The translations under genes were made by a program, and so were the position numbers. From a virus, in IMG/VR virus record IMGVR_UViG_3300023179_000031, positions 58,467-122,466 of that record: 64,000 nt of DNA, one strand, 5' to 3'. Below are positions 28,873-40,200 of this stretch, piece by piece; positions within the stretch are counted from its first letter, which is position 1; every line of letters starts with the position of its first letter. The notes beneath the pieces are model-generated. The model was not told the origin of the DNA. It did not search any database and saw nothing but the letters and a program-made list of their open reading frames with translations.

Positions 28873-31800
28873 TTATTTTTTTGGTGGCGTAAGACTGTTT
28901 TTACTAACATTTGTTTTATTATCTTCTCGTACTTTAAAATTAGGATCTTCAAAATTTGCTACGATTGTTGGTAATAAATTGGATTTTACAATACCCGGAG
29001 TTTTAGTGTCATTATTTACTGGAAGTTGATATGTTCCTACTGGTGGTTTTGGTATCCTTGTTGTTGTTGAAGTTGTTGTAATCGTTGTAATACCAGTTGG
29101 AATAATTGGTGCTAAAGTTGTTGTTGTTGTTCTTGTAAAGATGTTATTTTGTGGTTTTATTGTGGTTGTAGTGATGATGGTTGGCATTGATGTGGTATAT
29201 ATTGGCTGAAATATTGTCGTGGTAATATAGGGGTTCAGTGGGTTTCGTGTTGTGGTTGTGGTGGGAGCTTTAGTAGTTGTCGTACTTGTGGTTGTCGTTG
29301 GAATGGCTGTACCAATGAAAGAAACTGTCTGAATATTAATTTCATTTTTTGGCGGAATTGTCACATATATGATATAACTATAAGTTAAAGTTCCATTTAT
29401 TATTGTTTTGTTAAGTACAGCCTCGACTGGAAAAGAACAATGAACACTTGGTATAATATCAAAACCATATCCATTATCTGGCCTTAAAAATATTTCACCA
29501 AGTCTAGCTCGCTTACCAACAGATAATTCGCTTTCTAATGTTAGCGATTCCGTGTTTAATTTACAGTTTTGAATAATATTTGTAAGACGAACAGAAAAAG
29601 TGTTTTTTTCTGGAGGAATTGTTGTTGTCGTTGTTGTTGTAATAGTAGTTGTAGTAGGTATAGGTATTGCTTTGCCACGTATAGTTAATTTTTGATAGTT
29701 ATTGTCTCCGATTTTTGGGATTGTTCCATATACATAAACATAATAGTAACATTTTCCACCAAAACATTCTGTTTGAAGGCTTGCATTCAGCGGTGCAAAC
29801 GCATTGAGAATTGATAGATTTTCTAGTCTAATTTCATATCCATCGTCTGGATATATAGAAACTAATGCAAGTTGAAAACCGGCTCCAATTGGTAACAAAG
29901 AAGACGCTAACGTTGTATGACTTAGCGTTGCGTTTTCAATCTCGTCAATAAATTCTACAGAAAAAATATTTGATGGTGGTCTGGTTGTTGTGGTTGTGGT
30001 AACAGTAGTTGTTGTGGATGTAGTTGTTGTGGTAGATGTTGCGGGAGCGACAGTGGTGGTTGTAGTAGATACTACGGGAGCATTGGTAGTTGTTGTAACA
30101 ATTGGGGTTGCTTTCCCGCGTATAGTTAATTTTTGATAGTTTTTATCTCCAATATTTGGAATTATACCATCCATGTTAATGTCATAATAATATTTGCCAT
30201 TTACATACGATATATTAATTGACGCATTCAGGGGTGGAGATCTATTAAGAATAGATACATTTTCTGCTTTAATTTCATATCCTTTATCTGGATATATGGA
30301 AACAGATGGAATTGTAAAAGCTTGACCGGGACTTAAAAGCGGTGACGATACATTTGTCTTGCTTAGTGTTGCATTTGCAATTTCATTTACAAGCTCTACA
30401 GAAAACGAGTTGTTTGGCGGTTGAGTTGTAGTCGTTGTTGTAGTAATGGTTGTAGTTATAGCCCCATCGCCCTTTACAACTAAATTAATAGGTATGTTCA
30501 AAGTAACATCTTGATCTAAAAATTTACTCAAGTATGGGTATGTATTATAATTATCATAATCATATTGGACAAGATATAACCGCGTGTAACCTGTTGCCAG
30601 TTTTGCACTTAAAAGTCGAATTCTACCAATAATAAGATTGTTTGCATTTCGAATATACAAAATTAACCCCGCTGGGGATGAAAATATTTCGTATGGGCTA
30701 GATGGGTTAAATTGAACAAAATATTGAATTTCTGCTACAATTGATCCAGGTTCCACAGATGCAGAAGAAAATGTTTGAGTTTTATTGCCAAAAAAATAAA
30801 CAATATCGCTTGCATCAGCGCCATTTTGAAATTTAGCAGATGGATAAAAATTAACTGTAATATTCTTTGGTGGAGAAATTTGTTTAAATATTATCTTTAT
30901 GGCAACGTTGAAAGATCTAGCAACGTCTAATCGCGGAGTAGATGTGGATGCGTCGGCGGAACCTTCTACAACAAAAGAGCGATCTACTGGATCAAATTTA
31001 ACTATACCAGTATCAACAATTTGTCCAGCAGAATTTGTTAAATAAAAATTTTGTCCATTTGGATATCGCACTTCTTTAATTTGTAATAATGAATTTTGTA
31101 TTGAATAGTATATCTTTTGAGTACTAAAAAATTTATTTCTATTTCCACATGCTGATAGGGCGTTATTAACTATTGTAAAAGGTACTGTAGTATCACTTAT
31201 CTGTGTTCCATCTTCAAATTCAGCAGAAGTAATATAATTTAATGTAACGCACGGTGTCTCTCCGGGTTTTGAAGTTGTTGTAGTTGTTGTAGTTGTTGTA
31301 GTTGTGGTTGTTGATGTAGTGGTAGTAGTTATGGTAGTTGTTGCTGCCGGTATAGTGGTTGTAGTAATAGCGCAAGTGGATCCATTAATTTCTATAGTAA
31401 TGTCGCCGTCACCATCAAACCAAGGTAATTCATAGAAAGTACTAGTTAAAATATACCTAGTTCCTAGCGCTGTGTCTGTATCAAAATTAAATGTAGGAGT
31501 ATTATTATATGAAAAAGTTAGTGCTTGTGATGGATTTCTTTTTCCAAAACTATAAAATCTTGCAGATAAACTTGACCTCATTTCTCCGCTAGTAGAATTA
31601 TATCTACAATCAAAAGTATAGCCATTATTTGCAGTAATTGTTATTGAAACAGATGATCTTGGTATTGTCCAAGGCGGTCCAGAAGATGAATCTGCAACAA
31701 TTTTAGATCTAGACACTCTAATGGTAGAGTTTGGAACATTATTAACATATTCAATGTTTAGTGTACGCAATTTAGGTGCGGCGGTTGTTGTAGTGGTTGT

Positions 31801-32655
31801 TGTCGTGGTGGTTGTTGGTCCTTTATATTTTAGGATCAATTTTATTGGTACAGTGTAAGATCTATTTATATCTAGATTAGCTGGCCAATTAATCCCATTT
31901 ATTGTGCTGATTATAAATCCACGAAATCCATAATCTATTTTAAGTGTACCTATGTCGTTTAAGCGTGAATCACGAATAGTAACAGTCTGTGAATTAGGAT
32001 AATTTATGTATAATACTTCGTAGTTGGTGTCCGCTAACGTGTATTCAGCAATATTATTTAAGGAGCTAGTATCGCCACAAAGTGTTATTGAATTATTACC
32101 CTTCCAAGATATTGCGCCCCGTATTGGTGTTCCATTTTCTAATTCTGATGATGGAGTCAGGTCTATGGTTACGCATTTAGGTTTTACAGTTGTGGTTGTT
32201 GTGGTGCTAGTAGTAGAATTAATAATTATATCATAATAGCTTGCGCTGTTTAATATACCTTCATAATAACTATATGGTAATAATATTGAATTACAAGTTG
32301 ATGGTGATGGGTAGCCTATAGTCTTAATGGTTACACTTGCCCCAACAGCATAGCGAATATAAACTCTTCCATCTTGATCTTGCGCAAAATAAGTTTCATC
32401 GGCTATAATTGGATCAGTAGTAACAGTAAATTTATTAGATGCATAATAATCTGTAGACAAAGATGGCAAATTTGAAAAATTATATCTAAGATTAATGTTT
32501 CTAGATGAAGATATGTAAACTACAACATTAAATTCCCAATTTTTTGTTAAACATATTGATGGTATATCTCCTGTAATTTTAAACGAAATTACACCAGTGG
32601 CGCTATTTCCTTTTCTTTGAACATTTTTGGTTATAAGTCGAACTGAATACGCCAT
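28873..32655 (-). CDS. Mucin-like beads-on-a-string protein: ~100-aa beta domains separated by poly-Thr linkers
   Basis: At least 7 Thr tracts; duplicated domains such as FSVE..EI.NATLS..SIYPD.GYEI..YQKLTIRGKA. Confidence 0.75.
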   Translation of the reverse strand: MAYSVRLITKNVQRKGNSATGVISFKITGDIPSICLTKNWEFNVVVYISSSRNINLRYNFSNLPSLSTDYYASNKFTVTTDPIIADETYFAQDQDGRVYIRYAVGASVTIKTIGYPSPSTCNSILLPYSYYEGILNSASYYDIIINSTTSTTTTTTVKPKCVTIDLTPSSELENGTPIRGAISWKGNNSITLCGDTSSLNNIAEYTLADTNYEVLYINYPNSQTVTIRDSRLNDIGTLKIDYGFRGFIISTINGINWPANLDINRSYTVPIKLILKYKGPTTTTTTTTTTTAAPKLRTLNIEYVNNVPNSTIRVSRSKIVADSSSGPPWTIPRSSVSITITANNGYTFDCRYNSTSGEMRSSLSARFYSFGKRNPSQALTFSYNNTPTFNFDTDTALGTRYILTSTFYELPWFDGDGDITIEINGSTCAITTTTIPAATTTITTTTTSTTTTTTTTTTTTTSKPGETPCVTLNYITSAEFEDGTQISDTTVPFTIVNNALSACGNRNKFFSTQKIYYSIQNSLLQIKEVRYPNGQNFYLTNSAGQIVDTGIVKFDPVDRSFVVEGSADASTSTPRLDVARSFNVAIKIIFKQISPPKNITVNFYPSAKFQNGADASDIVYFFGNKTQTFSSASVEPGSIVAEIQYFVQFNPSSPYEIFSSPAGLILYIRNANNLIIGRIRLLSAKLATGYTRLYLVQYDYDNYNTYPYLSKFLDQDVTLNIPINLVVKGDGAITTTITTTTTTTQPPNNSFSVELVNEIANATLSKTNVSSPLLSPGQAFTIPSVSIYPDKGYEIKAENVSILNRSPPLNASINISYVNGKYYYDINMDGIIPNIGDKNYQKLTIRGKATPIVTTTTNAPVVSTTTTTVAPATSTTTTTSTTTTVTTTTTTRPPSNIFSVEFIDEIENATLSHTTLASSLLPIGAGFQLALVSIYPDDGYEIRLENLSILNAFAPLNASLQTECFGGKCYYYVYVYGTIPKIGDNNYQKLTIRGKAIPIPTTTTITTTTTTTIPPEKNTFSVRLTNIIQNCKLNTESLTLESELSVGKRARLGEIFLRPDNGYGFDIIPSVHCSFPVEAVLNKTIINGTLTYSYIIYVTIPPKNEINIQTVSFIGTAIPTTTTSTTTTKAPTTTTTRNPLNPYITTTIFQPIYTTSMPTIITTTTIKPQNNIFTRTTTTTLAPIIPTGITTITTTSTTTRIPKPPVGTYQLPVNNDTKTPGIVKSNLLPTIVANFEDPNFKVREDNKTNVSKNSLTPPKK

Positions 32656-32656
32656 A

Positions 32657-34216
32657 TCATTCACTCAATTCGTAAGTCCACCCAAGATTTAAAGTATATC
32701 TACCTTCTTTTGGGTTCCAAGATTCTTGTGGTGGTGAAAGAAAATATTTTCTAATTCCCGGCTCATTTGCTGGACTAAAAATACCGATTAAAGTTTTTAA
32801 CTGATTGGCTATTGGATCATTGATGCTTGGTTTTTTTAGTAATAAAGAGCCTCTATCTGTACCATAGCCTAGGTGTGTGCTATCAACAATAATTTCAACA
32901 CTCATATCTCTTCTGTACTCTGTTCTTCCAAATGTAAATTGTAATATTGGACCTGTTGGTCTTCCAAGAACTGGTATGGTAGCAAAAACATCTCCGGGAT
33001 AAGTGTCATTTATGCTAAAACTTTCATATAAAACACCACTAAAAAAATTGCTTGGACGATTATCAAATTCTATATTATATGAAATTTCTCCAGCTTGTTC
33101 ATTTGCTCCAATAGAAACTGATAACGGTTGACTATTTAATGTTTCAGCAACAGCATTATCTGCTCTTTTATAGATTAAAGACCCTACACCAAAAGATCCA
33201 CTAGAGCTAATATTATAATAATGTAATTTAGCTTGCCCATATGGCGATGAAGTTAGTGTATTTGAAGCGAATTGTGCATCCGTAAATCCCGAGGGAGCTA
33301 AACCTTTGATAGTACCTTGTATAGAAGTTTTAACATATGGATTATCCAAACTTGTTGAAACAGATAGCTCATAGTGTTCTAATGCGGTTGTTCCAGATGG
33401 AGCTAAAACCCAAGTATCAGTTTGAGTAACTGTGCCAGCGCCTTTGTCGATATTAACCGTTTTTCCATGATTAAATCCATCAAACGAACCAACATTCATG
33501 CTAGATTTAGCTAACATAGTATACATAGTATTATAATTATCACTATTATCAATAAATGACTTAGCTTGCAGCCAAGCCGGTTTATCATTTGGGTTAGTAA
33601 TAATTGTTGCATTAGCATCAGATGCGGATTGTAATACCGATCTTGTTGGCAAATTTCTCCCTGTTGCAGTTAATGTTCTACTTGCTATAAATGATCTTGA
33701 TGAAAGAGGGTTAGTATTACCAGAAGTAACATCAGCATATGCTAAATTATTTTCAATTTCAAAAGACCAAGTTTCATTAAAATCTTCTAATAGATTTTCT
33801 TGTTCTGTAGCGTTAGTAAGTTCTTGCTCTGAAACAAGGTTGATAGTATACTTGCAAGTCTGTGTGTAGGTTCCTTCTTCAAAATTTATAGACTCAAATC
33901 TTGTTTTAAAAGTAATAGCTGGATTATTACCGCCGGGAGTAATTTCTAATTTTTGAACACCTGTTCCACTAACATTAAAGAAATCTACTAGATTCTTTTG
34001 CGTACTCATTATATCCTGTAGAGCAACTTGGGAAGCGGTATACCCATTTTTTGGCGGGCTAGAAGAAACTATGGTGCCATTCAGGGTAATATTATATCTA
34101 TTACCAAAATGCGCATTTTTATTTCTAAGAGAAGAAGAGGATATAGAAATAAATGGTGCTGGAACTAAATTATAGCTTGTGCCAGCGGCGTTTATTACAG
34201 TAACGTTTGCGCTCAT
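32657..34216 (-). CDS. Putative distal tail/baseplate protein
   Basis: 519-aa beta-rich ORF downstream of the TMP; repeated ETW/ESW strands. Confidence 0.5.
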   Translation of the reverse strand: MSANVTVINAAGTSYNLVPAPFISISSSSLRNKNAHFGNRYNITLNGTIVSSSPPKNGYTASQVALQDIMSTQKNLVDFFNVSGTGVQKLEITPGGNNPAITFKTRFESINFEEGTYTQTCKYTINLVSEQELTNATEQENLLEDFNETWSFEIENNLAYADVTSGNTNPLSSRSFIASRTLTATGRNLPTRSVLQSASDANATIITNPNDKPAWLQAKSFIDNSDNYNTMYTMLAKSSMNVGSFDGFNHGKTVNIDKGAGTVTQTDTWVLAPSGTTALEHYELSVSTSLDNPYVKTSIQGTIKGLAPSGFTDAQFASNTLTSSPYGQAKLHYYNISSSGSFGVGSLIYKRADNAVAETLNSQPLSVSIGANEQAGEISYNIEFDNRPSNFFSGVLYESFSINDTYPGDVFATIPVLGRPTGPILQFTFGRTEYRRDMSVEIIVDSTHLGYGTDRGSLLLKKPSINDPIANQLKTLIGIFSPANEPGIRKYFLSPPQESWNPKEGRYTLNLGWTYELSE

Positions 34217-37200
34217 TGTTTTCCTCTGATATTAAGTGCTAGCATACCAGAACCAACTTCCGCTCCACTATTAAACAGGTTTAGGCCGGAACTTTCAACA
34301 AAATCTACTAATTTTCCATTAGCATATAAACTAAATGGAGTTCCAGAAGATGTGCCTAGCACCGCATTTTCGTACAATCCCAAAGTATTATACACATTAT
34401 CATGTCCTGTACCTTGATTAAATAAAGGTAATATTGAACTATTTTCTGATGGTTTTCCGTGTGTAAATAACCTTGCGTAATTTACGTTTTGAATTCCATA
34501 AAAGTAACTTCCTTTCAATTGTTCAACGAATGGCCTGTGGACAATAAAGCCTTTTTCTATCATGTCGTGACCAAATGCATCAATGAATATTTCACCTTTG
34601 TTATTGGCAAAGATAATACTATTAAAGTAAACTCTATTATCTTGTAAATTACCATTTTTAAACTGGAAATAAGTATATGGTTGCTCTACAGACATGTCGC
34701 CAAATATTCTGCCAGTAATAAATGAGTCTGGGTGTGCAAATGAAGGTTTTAATTTACGCAACATGCCATCATAAACATATACAGATCCAGCATTAGACAA
34801 TTGATCATCATTTATACTGCTACCAAATTGGTGTTGCGGAGATCCTACTGCTAACGTATAATCTCCATCTTTTCTTCTTGATCTATCTAAAGATATAGAT
34901 TTACTAAAGAAATCGTTTTCTCCCCTTGCATTGTATCCTTGTGGCACTAACTTGTGAATAGAAACCCAGTTTTGAGTTTTTGCTCCCCAATTATCTATTT
35001 TATTTTCATATGTAAATATAGCACCATTGTTTTGAGATACTATGCCGCTTCCAAATTGATTTCTATTTTGCTGCGATCCTAAATCATACACGGCTCTTGT
35101 TTGTATATCAAATTGTTCATTAAATTCTTTTCTGATAAATGGAGATGATGAATCTACAGCATAGTTATCATAGTCATGACCCGGAGCGCCAATAGCTAAT
35201 ATATCACCATCGATTGAGATACTATATCCAAATTGGTCTGTTGTAATAGAATTTACATTTCCAACATTTATTTCTTTTGGTCTAAATTTCTTAACGCATT
35301 CCCAAGGAACTGTTTTGCCACCAATGCCAGACGCTTTATAAGTTTTTTCAAACACATAAACTGATCCAGCGCCACCATTAAATCCAACCTCCGTACCGAA
35401 AATTTGTCCGCTCGGCGTGTTTGTTTTAACTGTATTCCAAGATATGGGACTTTCTCCAGAAAATGCCGCGAATGGAGCGCCAACATAAATCTTATTATTT
35501 TTAATTGCCAATGAGTATCCAAATAAATCACCCGGATAACCAGATGGCAACTTGTCAAAGTCTAGATAATCATATCCAGTATCTTTCATTATTTCTGGCA
35601 TACCACCGTATACGCTAGCGTCAGCGTACATTTTTCCATTAATTACGCCACTGAATTTTGTTGTTGCCCCATATTCATATTGATATTCATTAAATGTAGA
35701 TATCAAATTTGCTCTTAATTGTCTGATTGCAATTTGATCAGTTAATGGAATTTCTCGGGCTGTCATATATGTTGGACCTTGACCAAGCTCTGGTAGCATT
35801 GGTGAGCCATATCCACCAACACTAGTATCAATTAGATAATCTTGATCAGAAAATAGTGATGAAGCTAATCCGTTATTTGTAGAACTATTAAATCTTAAAT
35901 TTAATCCAGAATTGTTATATGCATTAACATATTTTTGTGGACTACCTCTTTCGGGAGCAACAAGCTTTGTCATGTAATCATATTGTCTACCAGAATTTGC
36001 GCTTGGGAAAGATGTTCTTGGGTATAGGCTACCCAGAAAATTAACTAAAGCTTGATTGATATTATCGCCATTAGCTATAGTTCTTCCCTGAATAAGACTT
36101 GCGTCACTGATAAGGGTAATTCTAGACTTAGCAACGCCAGCATTAAATGGTCTTTGATGATATATTTCTTGAGCAACAACAACTGGGCCGTCTGCAATTT
36201 CTGGATCATCAAAATATGACGCACAAAGATCTGTTGGGCAATACTTTGAACTACTAGTACTAATTTCTCTAGTATACTCGTTTGAAACTGTTCTTTCTGG
36301 AACTTCTGGTATAATTATTGTTGATGATTTATTTTCATATACTGTTTCAAATGTAACAATTTCTTCTATTGGTAATAAAACTCCAGATATAGACAATAAT
36401 CTTTGAGTTCTAATTGTGTTTGGTTTTGAAATTGCTGGGTAATTAAGTTTAGTTCCATCAATATAAATAGATATAAAATTAGAGCCACTTGGAACTTGTA
36501 TGTCAACATAATGACTATCTGGCTCTCCATAGTAATTACTCGGAACAAAAAAGTTTGTGCGATCTTTACTAATATTTATTCCAACAAACACCTGTTCTAA
36601 AATGCTTTGCTGATCATTTAAATCATAATCATAAATATTGGCAATAGAACCGTAGTTGGTTGGATTTAAGCTAGCCGATGAAGAACAATTACTAATCTGA
36701 AATCCTAATAAGGAATTTTCTAATGGGCTTTCGCTTACTGTATTAAAATATACTCTATAGCCAGACCCACCAAGCACTGGAAATGTAACCTTTGCTATAC
36801 CAGTTTTTATTTGCGGGATACCATATTCAACAAAAGAATCATCAGTAATACCAGTATCAAAATAAGCTAGAGGAATTGCTGAATTTACTTGAATTGGTAT
36901 AATATCTTCAGGATAACCATTTACAAGAGAGTAAATACTAATTTTACTATCTGGATTATAACCAATCCTTTTTCCTCTATAAATTGGATCATAATCTGTA
37001 TTAATAACAATATCAGTGTTTGTTAGGCTGTATTTGTTTATAGCATCATTTTTAGTGGCATATTTGTTTTTACCAGATAAAAATAATGGCCTCATTGATA
37101 ATTCAAGTTTCTGGCATAATAGTTCTACAACTCTAGCAGCAGATGTTGTGTATTGTTCTGCAAATGGTTCATCTATAGATTTTGAAGAAGTGCTAGATGG

Positions 37201-40200
37201 ATTTTGCCCATAAGTTATAACAAGTTTCTTATTGCCTTGATTTAACCAATCAATGATTCTAGCAAAATCTTCTTCAGATGGGATTTCTGTCGTATTTGCA
37301 ATCCATGCAACATCATATCCATTGCTAGGTACACTAAGATTATAGGATGAAACATTCTCATCAATTAAATTACCAAGACTTGTTAATCTATTAAGTAGGT
37401 CAGATTGATTATCTCCCTGCTTAAAACTGGTAATGTTTGTCCATCCGCCAAGTTGAGCGATTCTTGCATTACCATCAGCATCTTTAGCTACTATATTTCC
37501 ATAAAAATTAAGATTTTTATCTGCTGTAGATGATAATAAAGCTTCTCTAGATTCTGTAAATGTGCCAGCTATAATAACAACGCTAGAAGATGTATTTTTG
37601 TAATTTTCTTCTGCCGCATAGTAAAACTTGTCAGATACAACTGGTTTTGTATTCACGGTAGAAGATTTTACTTCTGCCGTAGCCATCAAGAGGGCGTCTT
37701 TCCCATTGTATTCTGGTGGATCAAAGAATGCACTCTTATTTACATTTAAGCCAATATTCCTATTTAAATCAATATAATTGCCGCTGTTTGATGACCATAT
37801 AAATGCTACGCCACTATCTGGATTATTTCCAAATATAGCATATTTACCATTGGGGCTTTGTCCAACAGCTTCTTTGTAATTATAAACTTCTGTTCTGGGT
37901 GGTATTGCTGGGTATGTAGTGTATTTAAGAATTTTTTCAGCGGCAGACATAATAGGAATGGGTTCATATTGATAAGTTTGAGAATTTACATATGAACCTC
38001 CGTCGCACCCATATGCCGCCGGTGTAACTGTCCCAAAATACATAGCCAAATTCATTTCATAGAAAATTGGTTGTCCTCGCATATTTGTGCATGGTAGATT
38101 GAATTTAGCTCTTATGTCTCCATTGTGCTGTAATGGCATTTCGCATTTATTATTAAGATCTGTATAATTTGTTCCGGCTTTGCCGTCATGAGTGCAAGAA
38201 TATCCATATGAAACATTTGGGTCATATAATCTAATATCAGCAACGCCAGACGATTTTAAGTTAGATGGTAAAATATAAGATGACGTTGTGTGCGAAGGCA
38301 CAAATGATGGAATGACATTAATATCTAAATTGCTATCTACTAATGATTCATATCTATTTCTAGCTGGGTGTAACCTCATGCGAGAATCTAATCTTTCTAG
38401 TAGGTAGTTTATCACTAAATTAGAATCTGCGTATGCACCATTTTCTTCCCAAATTGGATCATTACCCACAAGAACTAAATTTCTGTCACCTAAAGCTAAC
38501 CAATCTTGTATCTTATCTACTATTTCATTACTAGCAGCATTAACTGCTGGTGTAATAATAAATAGAGTTCCGGCATCTTGTGGTATTTCTGTTTCTGCAA
38601 AACTTGTTTTTTCAAACTGAACACCAAAATTATTAGCATATATTGCTGACATATGATTAAAAAATGGAGCGTCTTCTTCTGGACTAAGAATAGAATGTAA
38701 GTTTCCGAATTTGCCATACTCTACTACCTTGTTGTGTGGGTAGTAATCGCGCCCTTCAAGAACTCTAATAGCTCCAGCATTAACATAAGATTGCCACTGA
38801 GTGTCTCTAGTGAATCCCGGCTTCCACCAAATATTTGCATTATCTTGCGCACCCATACTATCAGTTGGAGCGCCAATGGCAACCAAAGATCCATCTTCAT
38901 TACACGCTACGCTATAGCCAAGCCGTGAAGTTGGTGCGAATTTTTCAATCAAAAAGTCCCACGATCCATTGGTTGGATTTATATCAGAATATGTTACGGT
39001 TTTAATTAATTGATATTCTTGTAAATTAAGATCTTTACGGAATTCAAACTTGCCGCTTGGAGACAATTCTGAATAAAATTCTTTGATGATTTGTTTTTCA
39101 GATGATGGTGTTGATAAATAAAGTGCAGATTGCAGTCTTCTATTTAGTTCATAAATTTCTCCACCAAGCGGAGAGTTAGAAGCGGCTTGATTAAGCCAAT
39201 GTGGGAATAAGTCATATTTTTGCTCTTTTACTTGTGGTCTATATTCATAAATTGAAACCGCCTGCTCTATGTATGGAGAACCAACTACAATAATATTTCC
39301 ACTTTCGCTAATTGTTACTGCGTGACCAAACCTATCTGGAGCAACAGAGCTTAATGTAGTTGGTGACTTAATTTCTTGAATTAATTCCCAATCATTATTG
39401 CTCTTTTCATATACATAAACGCTTCCACCACTTGCTGGTGGCACATTAAAATCAGACGCGGAGAGATTAAATTGTCCTAAGTTATTAGCAAATAGTGTGA
39501 AAGTATTATTTACTATCATTCTTCCAGTATCTAAAGTATCTGCGATTAAAGTTTCAGATTGAGCAATCCAATTCTCATCTATAGCTACTGTTACATTGCA
39601 ATATCCACTGGTTGGATTATTGTTGAAATCTCTAAGCCCACTAGCATATGAAAAAGATTTATAATACGATATAAATTGATCTAATGCTGGTTGTAAAGCT
39701 CTAGAACCTAAAGATGCAGAATTATCTATATAAAAACCAAGCACTGGTGGAATATTATTATGGATTTTTGTTGTGTCTATTGGGAATACTTCGTGAAAAA
39801 TAGACTTTATATCATCAAAAATTTGATTGTTTTTAGTAGCAAACTGAGTTGTGTTTCTATTGTAGTATGTATGTCTATGAATTTGATACTTGGTAACAAA
39901 ATCTGGTTTTGGATCTGAGAAATCTGGAGATGGAGAACTATTAGTACCTAATATTGGTTCACAAATAATAATTTGAACATTAAATGATACTGCTGGATCG
40001 CAGAAGTATTTAAATAATGCATCTTTTTCCTTTATAAATGGGAGTATATCTTTGTATGTAACACATTCATTTGGCTTGATGCATGGATATGGAAATGTTG
40101 GAGTGAATTCATCTGTAAAAATAAACAAACCAATATTTATAGGTTCAGTTTGTATACTATTAAATGTTCTAGTCCATTTGCAACTTGGTCCTCCAGCAAC

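Noticed and set aside
29300-30420. Diversity-generating retroelement TR/VR pair
   Set aside because: Both copies are coding domains in one gene, differences are not adenine-specific, and no reverse transcriptase is present
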